A DNA stretch of 64,000 nt from Catajapyx aquilonaris (taxonomy: Eukaryota), in NCBI GenBank assembly GCA_000934665.2, contig KZ538026.1, positions 62,001 to 126,000 of the forward strand, in the 5' to 3' direction. The notes under the pieces are model-generated. The model ran no database searches. It was not told the origin of the DNA and was given only the letters and a program-made list of their open reading frames with translations. This document shows, one piece after another, positions 11,901-24,632 of the stretch. Each line of letters starts with the position of its first letter. Within the stretch, counting starts at the first letter, position 1. The translations under genes were made by a program, and so were the position numbers.

Positions 11901-13751
11901 GCCCAAAGAAAACACACAGTCGGGTTATGCCGTACTCCATAAGCACACGTCTCACAATGTTGTCAGAATCGGTCAACATGCTGCACACAATTACTTCAAA
12001 CATCTCCTGAAGTATGTGCAATTCTGACTCATAAGTCGGCTGCGGTGTGTCATTTGGCATCGCAGTGTACGCCAGTTGTGTCAACTGCAGAAAACGAAGC
12101 GCAGTTTCGGCCAGCAACGCAACATCCTGCGTAAATGCGGCACGTACAGACACAGACTCATCGTGCGTTATGTGCTGTAGACTTGGAAGAATGTACTCTG
12201 GGAATATATTCGCATCACTTAGAGGCACTGTCTTCACGCAAGAGAGACAGCGGGTCAGAGTGTGTATTGCAGTCACACGGACCCGAGGGAGGCGATCGCT
12301 CATCAGGTGGAACTGCAACAACAATTAGGTTTAACCACATGAAAGTAATTGCTGCCAATGTAACACCTTACCACATACGGCAGAATCCTATCCAAAATTA
12401 TGTCCGAAGGCAGATGCTGGGCCAGCTCCTGCATGACCTCGAGGCAGGCAAGCTTCGATCCGCAGTGATGTAACGCTCTTACGCATGAAGTAACCAACGT
12501 GGAAAAAAGGAGGAGACCCTCGGGTTGACCCTTTGTCCCGGTTTCTCCTCCGCCATTCTCCTTCTCCTCTCCCTCTTCTTTCGGTGGGCCAAACATCTGC
12601 ACAACGTTCTTAATATCCTTTCGCAAACGGCTGATCTTTTCATCAGGCGACATTATCGGAGAGGCGCTGAACATGGTCATGTACGACTGGAAGAAGGTGT
12701 AGAAGTACTCTGGAAACACCCGACCCTTCTGCTGGGCCAGGTAGTCCTCTGCTGACAACCGCACATTGGCATCCCGTTGCATCATGTGGCCCAGAAATTC
12801 CTGCAGATGATTTAATAAGTTGCGCTCAATTAATGACATGATGTACTTACCCTAATTTCTGGGTCGTCGATCCTTTCCAGCACTTTCGTTGGTGTGTACT
12901 CCCCGCTTCTGTATGCCAACAACTGCGAGAAATCAAACGGCGGATGCCCCTCGGTGAACAGCTCCGTTAGAGCACAACCAGCTGAGAAAATATCCATCGC
13001 AGGCGTTAAGTCCCCCCGTTTGATTCCCTCTTCCGGAAGAATAACCTCCGCCTCCGTTTCCGTCGCTTCCGAATGCGACTCGAGCGTCCGGATGAATCGC
13101 TCCGGTGCGATGTAGCATGTCCTACGCCTGGAGGTGTCGAAGAAAAATGAGAAATCGGCCGGGTTGTCCTCAGGCAAATATGTGGGCTTAAACGGCGCAA
13201 AGTCGGTAAGCAGCACCCAATTCCAGCTAGTCACCATCACATTCTCTAGCTTAATATCGCCGTGGCAGACGCCGAGGCGGTGACACTGGCTGAGTGCGTA
13301 CAGGACCTGGAATAATTCCGGGTGATTAAAATAAATTCAACGAGTGTGTACGGTGAGTACGAACCTGGAATGCGATCCATTTCTTCTCGACTGTTGATAG
13401 GAACGGACGTGTGCTAATCCGGTCGTACACATTGTGCTTTACGTACTCCCGGATTATCAATCCGGCTTTGTCCGTCAGCAATGCTTTTCTGTAGCACAAG
13501 CAGTTGACGGCCGGAGCCAGCTTGGCCCCGATGTCCTCCAGCCTTTCCTTGTACGTCTTAAGCGGCAAGGACGGGTCGTGTATGGCGAATACTTTAACCA
13601 CGATGTACCCTTCCTTCGACTTGGCCCGTACCACCTTGAAGAACCTGGTGCTGCCCAAACTTGCATCGTACTGAACCTCTGGGAAGTCTGTCAAGTAGTG
13701 TTCCACTGGGAATATCTGCGACGGAGCTATGCCCACCAGCTGGTTACCCAT
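8907..13751 (-). CDS. PIK3R4: Phosphoinositide 3-kinase regulatory subunit 4 (VPS15/p150): pseudokinase, HEAT repeats and WD40 domain; 9 coding exons, about 1315 aa
   Basis: Exons spliced by hand at GT-AG sites: 13751-13365, 13306-12851, 12800-12372, 12312-11286, 11229-10744, 10686-10425, 9931-9534, 9476-9197, 9129-8907. They total 3948 nt in one open frame. Family motifs: N-myristoylation start [65 protein letters not shown]40 repeats, C-terminus [10 protein letters not shown]. Confidence 0.97.
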
Positions 13752-14413
13752 GGTCAACACGGGTCAAAGGGGAAGGTCACCAAATGTGGTCAGCTGATGG
13801 ATGCAGATGAGGTGGTCATTCCAACAGAGGCTAATTACTGGAAAAGTAATTAGTGCACAAAAAAAGTGGAACGAAAAATTATTAGAACAAGAACTTGACA
13901 AGTGGGCAGAAATCACGTCGCGTAGTCGAATCGCGGTTATTTGATACGAAATAGCGGCGACATGTTGCTGCCAGTGTTGCTCCTTTTTTTATTTAATATC
14001 TAGCTGAAATATGCCTACTGTTGCTAATTAATCGTGGTTGTAATTAATGTCCATAAGTATGAAGGTAATTAGCGTCCGTAATAGCCAAATCAGGAAGTAT
14101 GACATAATCGCGCTTTATGCCAATACAAGGGGTGGTATTATGGGCGCGTTCGAACTCACAACTGCCAATTTTTGCATCTAATTTGCGATTAATTGCCCCC
14201 GTAATTTACAAGAATGCTGATTGCACATTAATATAAATAGAGGTGCATTGTTTTTAATTGCCGTTCAAGTAATGAACCAGTGCGTGCAAGCGTTGCGCAA
14301 TGCCCGTGTGCAAGCTTTCGAACGCGCCCATCATCCAAGATGGCGATTGAACCACGCTTATTTTTGTGAGGAATTTTTTTGAGGCGTTTCTGTGCAGTTT
14401 ATTGGCTTCAAAA
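13752..14413. promoter_or_regulatory. Bidirectional (head-to-head) promoter region of VPS15 and MAK16
   Basis: Only 662 bp separate the divergent start codons. A YY1/Pho-type motif CAAGATGGCG lies at 14336-14345. Confidence 0.75.
14141..14330. mobile_element. Putative 190-bp MITE, possibly PIF/Harbinger-like
   Basis: Perfect inverted repeat ATGGGCGCGTTCGAA (14140-14154) and TTCGAACGCGCCCAT (14317-14331) around a non-coding core. Flanks TTA and TCA resemble an imperfect 3-bp target-site duplication. Confidence 0.5.
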
Positions 14414-15545
14414 ATGCAGCACGACGACGTAAGCATACCCAGCTGACCGTAGCCTAACCAATGGATCAGTTTCTAACCACTTTTACCATCCGTTTTGACA
14501 GGTCATATGGAGCTTGGTGAATAAAGGCTTCTGCTCATACAAGTCAAAGTAAGCAGCTCTTACCTTTTCAATGTGACAAAATTTGATTGCTAAATTGATA
14601 TTGCAGGACAGCCACGCAGACGTTCTGTCGGAATGAGTACAACCTGACCGGAATGTGCAACCGTTCTTCATGTCCGCTGGCCAACAGCCAGTACGCCACT
14701 ATCCGCGAGGAGAACGGGATGTGCTACCTTTACATGAAGACTATCGAGCGGGCAGCGTTTCCGTCCAGGCTGTGGGAAAAGGTGAAGTTGTCCCGTAACT
14801 TCGAGATGGCCATCCAGCAGATCAACGAGAACCTGCTGTATTGGCCTGGGTACGTGCGCCAGAAGTGCAAGCAGAGGCTGGTCAAGATCACGCAGTATCT
14901 CATCCGAATGAGAAAGCTTTCCCTCCGTCGGCAGAAGAAGTTGGTTCCGCTTCAGAGGAAGATCGAAAGGCGGGAGAGGCGGAGGGAAGAAAAGGCCCTT
15001 ATAGCTGCCAGGCTTGACAATGCAATCGAGAAGGAATTGCTCGAGAGACTTAAATCTGGCACGGTAAGAACTGTGTTGGACAGTTATGTACTTCATTACA
15101 TTCCGTTTTCATTTTGTAGTATGGCACCATATACAACTTCCCACAAACTGCGTTCGATAAGGCGTTGAATGCGGAGGAAGTGAGCGATGAAGAGGAAGAG
15201 GAGCTGGAGGAGGGCGAGAAGGAAGAGGAAGACATTGACGCTGAAGTAGAACGGGAGCTGGAGGACGAGGTGGAGGACCTTGACACAGAGTATGTTGCAG
15301 CAGATGATTTTGAAGAAAGCGATGAAGATATTGAGGTATGTCATATGCCAATCACTTGGGGTTTGAGCAAATTGAAGTCTCTTTGGGTACCTAACTGTAA
15401 TGCATATTTTCAGGATGCATATGAAGTTGATGAGTCATCTGATGAAGAAGTTGCTCAGCCTGTCAAAAAGAAGCGCACGCATGTTTCCATCGAGTATGAA
15501 AAGGAATTGGTTCAGCCTGCTGAGAAATTAAAATTGACGCACTAA
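14414..15545 (+). CDS. MAK16: Protein MAK16 homolog (60S ribosome biogenesis factor), 5 exons, 288 aa
   Basis: Exons 14414-14428, 14502-14548, 14607-15063, 15120-15335, 15414-15545 total 867 nt with GT-AG introns. Motifs: [91 protein letters not shown], then an acidic tail. AATAAA at 15566-15571. Confidence 0.97.
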
Positions 15546-18500
15546 TGTAATTCATCGGGTTAAAAAATAAAATCAATGTTAACCAACTTGCCTGAATCTT
15601 TTTCCTTTTCCGTCAATCACGTGAGTGACCTGGAGAGAAAACTTGACACATTTGATTAGCTGGAGCTATTAAAGGATACATGATCTTGACCTGTGATACG
15701 CTACGAAAGGTCAAGGATAGGGGGATTGTTAAAAAAAGGGTTTAATTAAACCCCGGCTTGGTTTATTCTCCTTGTTTTATTATCACGTTTGCCCTTCCAA
15801 GCGTCTTTTGGTTACTTTTTACATGTTTCTCATGGGTCAACTGGTTCTGAAATGTTTCCCTCATATTTTTTTTATATATACTTAAAGTCTTTCATGTAAC
15901 AAACAAGAAATGCAGGAGAAATGCTCTGGGGACGAATCTGTTTTAGTGATCCGCACATAAATGAGACCAAGAGACCGGTGTGTGTATAATATGTTTACAT
16001 CTTTTGTCTGTTTTTATTTTGGTTTGTGTTAGGGCCCCATAGCATTTACCCAGTTGCCGCAAGTCAGCCATTACGTTGAGGCACGCACCATTGACACACA
16101 TCCCATGTGTCGCACTTGTCCTCTCTCATTATAATTTCTTTTCTCCCCCTTCTGAACACAACAGTCCCGCTCTGTCATAATTGATCACAGGCACAACACA
16201 TTTACTAGCATCGTGTAAGGCTCCAATATACAAGGTAATTGGCAACTATGATATTACGCTCATGAAATATTCTAAGGTGTTAGATGCTTGTGAAGTGATG
16301 ATCTGAAGAGGGAAGGAATTTTTTTTTTCACTCATTTTGTTGTCTATTATTTTTTTGCTGGCTGGTTTACATAAGTCGATCTCAATCAGCAGATTGCAGT
16401 GTTTTTTTTGAGATATTGGGAAATGATGTGCCACAGATATTTGCAATGAGGTCTTGCTTTTTGTATGTTCGTGATTTGAACGAATTAACGGAAAATAACG
16501 AGTTGTGCGCTTGAGCAGTTCACACTGTCTTTCATGTTCCGGTGGTCGACTGTCCTTTTAACTTGTATTCATTGAAGTCTACTGGTGTGCAGATTCCTTT
16601 CTCTAAATTTTGTGCTAATTTTCTCAGGAAATTAATTACCGGTCTCTCCTCCTGTTTCCAAAAAATAAGATAATAACCAATTACTCTAATCAGAGTGATA
16701 CTTTTCGATTTCAAAATAAAACATAGATATCGATATTTGGCATAATTTTAAATCCTGCAGTGTCGAATAATTGCAAGCATCTGTGGCATCACCTTTTCTT
16801 TTGCAGAGAGACATTGTTTAGGTTGGTTTGTAATGTAGCCTTCCCAATATTTTAAAATGTTGGTTAATGATGATGTTTAGGTCAACAGTTCTCAATGTTA
16901 TTTTTTATGTTACTGGTGTGAAAAAAGGGGGTTCACCCATGAGCAAGAAATTGCATTTCTTATTGAATCATGTTTCTGTCTCAAATTTTGTCGGAGAGAT
17001 AAGCAGCGAAGCAGATAGGTGATTTCTTTATTAATTGTTTAATCGCACTTGATTTTGCTCATGCGCGCACTTCAACAGGGGAAGCACCTCTTCTTCTTCT
17101 TCTTAATAATCTTGTTTTAAATCCCTCGGGGGCCATGTAAAATGTGTTACCAGTAATAATGACAGTTCTCATCGAGGGGACCATACAGTAACTAACAACA
17201 GTATGTAACAACAGTTAAGTGTCAAACAAAACATTGTTTTCCCCTAAGTTTCATCCCTATCACAAAATCAACACAGAGATTGTTTCTGTTTATACATATA
17301 ATCATCTTTTCTGTCCTATAACACTTCGAAAACGAAGCTCATTTGCTCTTTTTACTTCTTCTTACAAGGTAAAATGACATTTTGCGAACTAAATTATATT
17401 TGGAATCCGGTATTTGCCAATTTTAATCCTGAAATGTTGACTCTTTGTTGGTTTTTTTCTTTGAAAAAGTAAGGCAACTTGTTCAATCAAACTCTGGGAT
17501 AACGACAGAAAAATAAAGCTGTTATTCTCTCTCTCTCTTTTTTTTTTAAGGCAGCGACAGAGCAAAGGAGGAAAAAAGAGCAGCCACACAAACACCATAG
17601 GATAAAGACTGAGATGGTCCACAGACAACGATGCAACAACACTGTGACCAAACACCCAACTATATAACACCAAGTAAATCTAAATAGCATTTTATTTTTA
17701 TTTGGTCCGCACCATCAAAATCTAGATCCCTCATTATAAAAGCATGAAGTCAGAAAAAAAAGTATTGAGAGTAAAAAGTGCGGGGGGATCACAGAAAAAA
17801 AAGCACAAACATTTAACTCTCTTTTTTTAAAATACATTTAAAATGCCTTTGTGCAGAGAAGGTCCAGTCAGTTCTCAGCACAAGGTTTGAAAAAGGTTCA
17901 CTAAACAATAAGGAAGCGGAGGATGAAAGATGCCAACACTGCGAAGGTTAACAACCACAGTCGAAAGTATCCCAGAGCAGAACGATTCAAGTAAATTGCC
18001 TTCTTAAAAAGTACACTTGAAAGTTATTATTATTTTTTTCCCTGTGAGTTGACAAAACTCGATGATGGGGAGGGGAGGGGGGGATATTATATGTTTATAT
18101 ATTTATTTATATAAACTGATGGGGGGGCAACTGAAGAGTTTAAAATTGCTGACTGGTACAGCAGCTCATCACTTTTGTGTCTTGACTACAACATTGTACA
18201 TGTAATACTTTTTTTTTTTGAAATTAACATCAAACATTTAAAAAAATATGAAAAAAAGTGTCCTTCCAGCTGAAAATAAAGCTGATGAGAAAATTGGGAG
18301 ATGAAAGTTTTAGCCAGAAGGACATAAACTTAACGACAGTTTCAGCATTGGCGGGGGGAAAAGGTAAATGGCGAATAATTAGTTTTAACAAGCTAAAGCG
18401 AGCGGCGTTATCAAAATAGCGTTGTTATTTTTTAAACGTGAATTGGGCTAATATGTTTTATTAATATCTGGTTTAAGCTATTATAGGCAAGTCCAAAGTT

Positions 18501-21500
18501 CGGACGCGCTTTCAGAATTTGCCTGAAATTTTGGACAGACATTTAAGATGGTGCGATTTTGCTTTTTAAGCAAGAGCCGAATTTGGTCCTCATGTATTCG
18601 TAGGCAACATGACGTGATTTTGAGCAATGAAAAAAAAAATTTTTTTCCACTGTTGACGGCAGCCCGACACGTCTTGAAATATTTGATCTTACAGCCTATC
18701 TACAGTACGTAAGGCTTTTGTTTTTATGGGTGTAGGATTTAAAGGACACAGATTCACACGGATATCATAGTTAATTTTATCTACAGCCTATCATTTTTTT
18801 TTGTAAATATGATTCGCCCGTTTGTTTTGAAGATAAAGTCAGGGATAGGTTATTTTCAGCAGCAAAGTTTTATGCATGCAGGATGCTCTGTATGTAAATC
18901 GCTTTTCCGCGTCACACTTGGGATCCTCACGAAAAAATGTGGAAAGACAATAGTAGTGGTATAGTTAATAGTCATATCTCTCATGACGTCATCACGTCTA
19001 AAATTCGTACGCCACAAAACCACTGGTTTATGTTAGTTTTTCTTATATGTATATATTTTTTTTCTTGTTCTTCTTAAAGAGCTAAAAACACGCATTGTCT
19101 ATTTAGAAGTCACGATTTTTGGATCGTTCAGAAACTATTGCCTATACATAACAATAGGGGGAGGGAAAAGTCTATTTACATCCGATAGTCTCTTCTTTGA
19201 AAAGGAGAGAGGATCTCGTGTTCAACACGGACGCGGGGAAGGACATCATGCAAAGAGACGCTCACAGTTGTGCAACGAATATAACACCTCGAGGGAAAAA
19301 AGGGTCTAAGTGTTCAGGGATTAAAATTAATACAAACAAACAACAAACTAAAATATTGTGAGAACGATTTTCCCAATATTGACTAGTGGTCAACACAACA
19401 ATGTGGTTTACACATCAAAATAATAACTAACACATGTCTGCCTAATTATGTGTGTTTTATATTTTTTCTCTCTCCCTCTCGCAAGCTGATGATTGGTCTT
19501 ATTTCTTTTTTACTTATGGTAACCCAGCCCTTAAAATCCATATTTTTTCGTGTGTCGTTCGGATGGAAAAGGGAAAGATGAAGAGACAGTTGAGAGTAAA
19601 GGTTTTTTTTTTGGCTTCGAAGTACACCAACCCAGCGACATCCTTTCTACCTCTTTTTTGGGGGTTTAAATATATAACCTGGTTTTTATCCCAATAGCAC
19701 ATTTTTTTCTTCAAAAAAAATGTCAGAAACGAACATGTGACGCGTCTTGTTTTCGCAATGTTTTTGCATCCGTTCGCGTGGTCTCGGGTGCAAAAATGCG
19801 ATGTGAATTCGAGCAGGTTGCACTTTTTTTTTCTTCTTCAAAAATAATAATACACACAAAAAAAAACACCGAGCCCGAGCCGCAACGTTGCCACTTCAGA
19901 GACAGATTTTTATTTCAAAGATAGCGAAAAAGCACACCCATGGTGTCACTCCTGCGGTTAAAATCGTGATTAAGCACGTGCCTAGACACAATCTGTGGAT
20001 ATTTTTTGGGGGGAGGGAGAAATAGGATTTTGGGAATAATGTGCTCTCGGCATTTTTTTTTGCAATGACGTGAAGCTTGACGCGAAAATAGTTCGCAAAT
20101 ATGTGGAGCCCGATGAATTTCCAGAAATAATTATACGAAATGGCCAACAGCAGAGCCAATTAAATATTATTATTTTTTTCAAAAAAAAATTGTAGAGTTC
20201 GAGTCAACCTTCAAGTACACTTGTTAAAAGTTACTGTACACAAAAATACGCACGATCAAGCAGCGACACCGTTATTTAGGATTCGAGCATTATTATACTT
20301 TTTCTATAATATTACTACTACGTGTAATATACACATCTACACCGCTGCCTTTATAATGATTACGGTTCTCTCATTTTTTTTTCTTCTTCTTAAAATTCTG
20401 ATTAGATATACGGTACCCCAAAAAATTGACCCGTTTCTGAAGTTTCACGATGGCAAAAAGCAGTTGGGCCTCCTTCGTCTAGGAAAGGTCCGTGAGGAGA
20501 TGGTACAAAAATATGCCTTCTATTGCTTCTTTCCCAGCTGAAGGAGGCTTCAATAGTATGTTTTTTAATTTATATATATGACCACCGATCGTAATTCACA
20601 GCCAGATGCGTCACATGTTCGGTCTTTAAAAAAAAGTGGGACATAAAACCTGTCTTTGGCTCCTTCACAATCCAGATAAATAGCCTAGAAGGAGAAATCT
20701 AAGCTCTATATAGACTAAGTACGTCGTTATAATTATTTTTGGTTCAAGGAGAAGTGACGATAGCAACAAGACATGAAAAGGAGTGGGGGGCAGTGGCCGA
20801 TATGTCCTCTTATATACTTATATATTTTTTTCTTTTTTTAAATACAGTACGGTCCCATAGTATACGAGTCTATTCAACAGGGCCGTGAATAATGTTCCTC
20901 GTCTCAAATTGTTCAAAAAAAAAATTTATTAGCGTATAGGAAAAGTTGGCAGAAGACAGAAAAAAGGAGAGGGTTAAGAGCAGGAACACTAACCGCATAG
21001 TTTTTTCATCCCTCATTAACACATTATGATTTTTTTTGCTTATGTATATTTTTTTCGAGAGAGAAAAAAAAGAGTGTTTTGTTGGTTTCGCAAAGCGTCT
21101 CGTCTCAAACAATGGCACAAAAAAATGACACACAACGGATCATATTTTTCCTCTTCAAATATATATAATGAAACAGAAAGAAACGAATTATTTTTCGTTG
21201 TTTTGTTTGGAAGCCGACAAATAAATTGCAAGTCCCCACACCCTATCCCCCCAGACACATACCCAGAAAAATTATTGCCAACAAGTTGCCTTAAAATAAG
21301 ATTTTTTTTTTGTAAAAATCGTGAACTGTTTTGTTATTCTTCACGAAAACACGACGAAGGGGCCAGTGTTCAATGTTATTTTAAGGATAAGAGAAGGAGA
21401 GATAGCGAGAGAGGAAAATAAAGTGAAAAGGTGTGCTCATGTTACGCAGCCATGTTTTTGGTTTCCTCTAAGTTTACAAAAATATTGTGCCTACTATTAT

Positions 21501-24500
21501 TCTTCCCGTCATTTGGACACAGTTTAACTATCTTCTTCTATTGGGTATTCGCCACGGTTTTTTTTTTTGTCTACAAGAAAAGCGGCGACATCGCGAATTT
21601 ATATCCTGTTTGAGTGGAAGTTGATCTTGCACGCCCGCACATTAGACTTAAAGCGAATGGAATTACTAATCCCTCGTTACTGCAATCAGTTTGGACTTTA
21701 AATGAGACCAAACTGGTTGAGCAAACCATCCTAAAACTCTCTTTTGAAGTCTCCATTACGGTCTTACAATGTTGGCATTAAAAAAAAAATCGAAATCTAA
21801 AAAAATATTGGGAGGTTTGGCATTTCAAAAAAAAAGGGGCTTCCCACTGATTTGTTTAAAAATCTCGTAAAAATTTTCATATGAAAAAATAATTTTTCAT
21901 ATGAAAACAAACAATGGAAAATACTTGTCACCAAAGGCTATATTATCCTACAACATCGTCAGGTTTCGAGATGATAGAAATAGGCGATGCGTCTACAGAG
22001 TTAGTCACTAGCTTTGCACCACACCCGATGCGTTTCGAAAAAACGCTTCAAAGCTTCAAAAAGCCATGCGGAGCAGAAGATGCTTGGCGATAGTTTATTA
22101 ATAATGTAATATAACAAGTAAATATAATTAATAGTTTACGCTGCATATGCAGAGGTGACAAAAAATGTGCACACTTTTATGTCTCGACTGGTTTAATGGC
22201 GCAGTGTTAAGGAGAAAGGCGGCTTTAACGAATAAAACCGCCCCCGTTTGATCAACTGCTCCCCAGGTGAATTTGTTTAACATCAAACACACACATACAC
22301 AACTACCGTACCACACAGGCGATACACAAGCCACGAACACTGTTGTCACACCACAATTACGCCACCAGAAAGGAGATGAAATAATTGTATATAGAAAATT
22401 AAGAGCCACATCACTGCACAAGACGCCTAACATTTCTAATATCCCAAAAGCAAAACTACACACGTAGAATCATGTAGTAGGAACACACACATACAAAACC
22501 AGAGGAAGCCCTTTTTTTCTAGTTCAACAAAAAACAAACAGACAAGACCGTTTGAAATATATATCCCCATGAATCGTTCCAAGTGGCAAATTTATAACCA
22601 TATTTATAATATTTGCTACTATATTCCCAGTGTGATCGAATTAGCCATGATGATTATATCCGGTTGGATTTGAACACCTTTGCTACCATTCCTAACATTT
22701 AAAGGCAAACGTGGATGCTTGTCACTGAACGATACGCAGATAGAAGGAGACGAGAGAGTGTGCGAAAAGACCACTGAGACTTTGTGAACAGTTAAAAACA
22801 CCTGCTGACGAGCAAAAAGAGTTTACAGTGCGTCGTAACGTTGACAAAAACCCACAGCAACGCCCTAATATTTTTTCGTTCCATTTCACCTTCCAATCTA
22901 CGCCATCTCTTAATTATCGAAAGGCGTCCATTTTATTTATACATCATTAATTTTTTATGTTAAAATTGGCATGGGGGGGGATGCAGTGAGTACATATCGA
23001 GGAGGAAGAATAAAGGTGGGGAAAAAAGTCAGGAGAAACGGCCATTTCAAAACAAGACATTTTTTGTCGGGTTTTTTTTGCACAGGAAGCAAGGAAATCT
23101 TGCGTTCACTTGCTCACAACAACGACTTGATTATTATTATTATTTTGCCATTTATTTCGAAGAGAGAGGCGCAGGAGGCAGGTAGTAAACGCGAAAGAGA
23201 GAAAAGTGAAGAGAAAAACAGGAGGTTGGATTCCAAAGAAGTTTTCCGAATTTGTGGCTCTCCATAACGAGTCTTATCAAAATTGCAAAAAACTTACGTA
23301 ACATAGTCAGTACAGTGGTAACTCTATCAAAACGTGAAGTACAAAAAACTTTTTCCTTCGCAAATACTTCATAAAGGAGACAGGTAATTACACCACTGAT
23401 AAATTTGCTTGATCGACTTCAGTATGTTGCTTCTTTCTCTCCCTTGGAAACAGTTGTGTACGTGTGTTATGTGTTTAGGTGTGTATATGTATGTTGTGTT
23501 GTTTTTCTCTGTAAAACCAGCTGCCCCTTGTTTGGTTACACAATACATGGAAATATATTTTTACATTATATTTCTACAGTCCATGTCGCGGAAGGTGCGG
23601 CTGGAAAATTTCCAGCCGCACTTTCGCCAAACTCAGGTAATGAAACAAACATATTTACAAGTACTTATATTCACAACCCTGTTAATTATCCGATGTAAGG
23701 CTATTCTTGTTCCTCTATTAACGATAGTAACACAACTACTCGTTTTACTCTATTATAAAGGGTATAGAGTGACAGGGTTTAAGGTTTTTCTCTCTCTCTC
23801 TCTCGCTCTCTCTTTTTTTTCTTTTGAAAATCCCTATGGCACTTGGCGTCAAACACATTTTTTTTTACGAGGATGGTGAATCTGCACTAGGGTGTCACTA
23901 ATCAAATACTAAGGGAGGAAAGAAGTGGAAGAGTGTTGAAACAACATCCGCTTATTGCCTTTCTAGAGGAACAAAATTAGCCTGAGTGTCAGGAAACAAA
24001 GTCACTGCCATTTGCCTATTGATGTCACCAATCATTCCTGGGATGTCAGGGTATATAGGGGGTGAAAGGGTTTTGAATATTTTCTGTTAAATAAATAAAT
24101 AAATGAAACGAAAAAGTCGACACGAAACTTGAACCGTCTTGTCCTTTAGGCTGCACAGCTTCTTGTGGTTGGTTGTAGGTTGCTTGTAACTCAAAAATAA
24201 AAACAGAAAAAGAAATTTCCGTATATGGAGACAATATTATTAATTTTGAGAGGGTTGGGGTGCGGGGGTGTCTCTCTCTCTGGCTCGGAGGTCATGTTGT
24301 GTTTACTCGTGTCGTGTTTTTTGGTTTATGGTATCAAAATGAGATGGTGCGAGGGTTTTTCTTTTTTTTAGGGGGTTGGGAGAGGGTTGTAAATATTACA
24401 TCCGTTATTTTGAATTTTGATTCTTTTTTTAGGAGGTTTTTTTCCGGGAGTGAGAGGAGAAAGTATGTGTGTGTGTGTTTTTTTTTGTGGGGGTTGTGGT

Positions 24501-24632
24501 GTGAGGAGATATATTTTTTTTGTTTGTGTGGCCTCTTCCTATCCTTTTTTCCTTCCTCTATCATTCTTCTTCCACTCTAACAGGCTTCCATTGCATAGCA
24601 GTGTCCGGGTAGTGCGACTCCCACACCATTCT

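Noticed and set aside
16532..16651. Acceptor plus amphipathic ORF (EERPVINFLRKLAQNLEKG...) as an alternative 7B-like complexin last exon
   Set aside because: It is open in phase 0, but the 24824 donor is phase 1, which gives RGETGN-stop. It has no recognisable similarity to Cpx7B.
17591..17600. 10-nt complement to the editable Ile codon region as an editing-complementary sequence
   Set aside because: A 10-nt match to some part of the exon is expected by chance, and the duplex does not extend.
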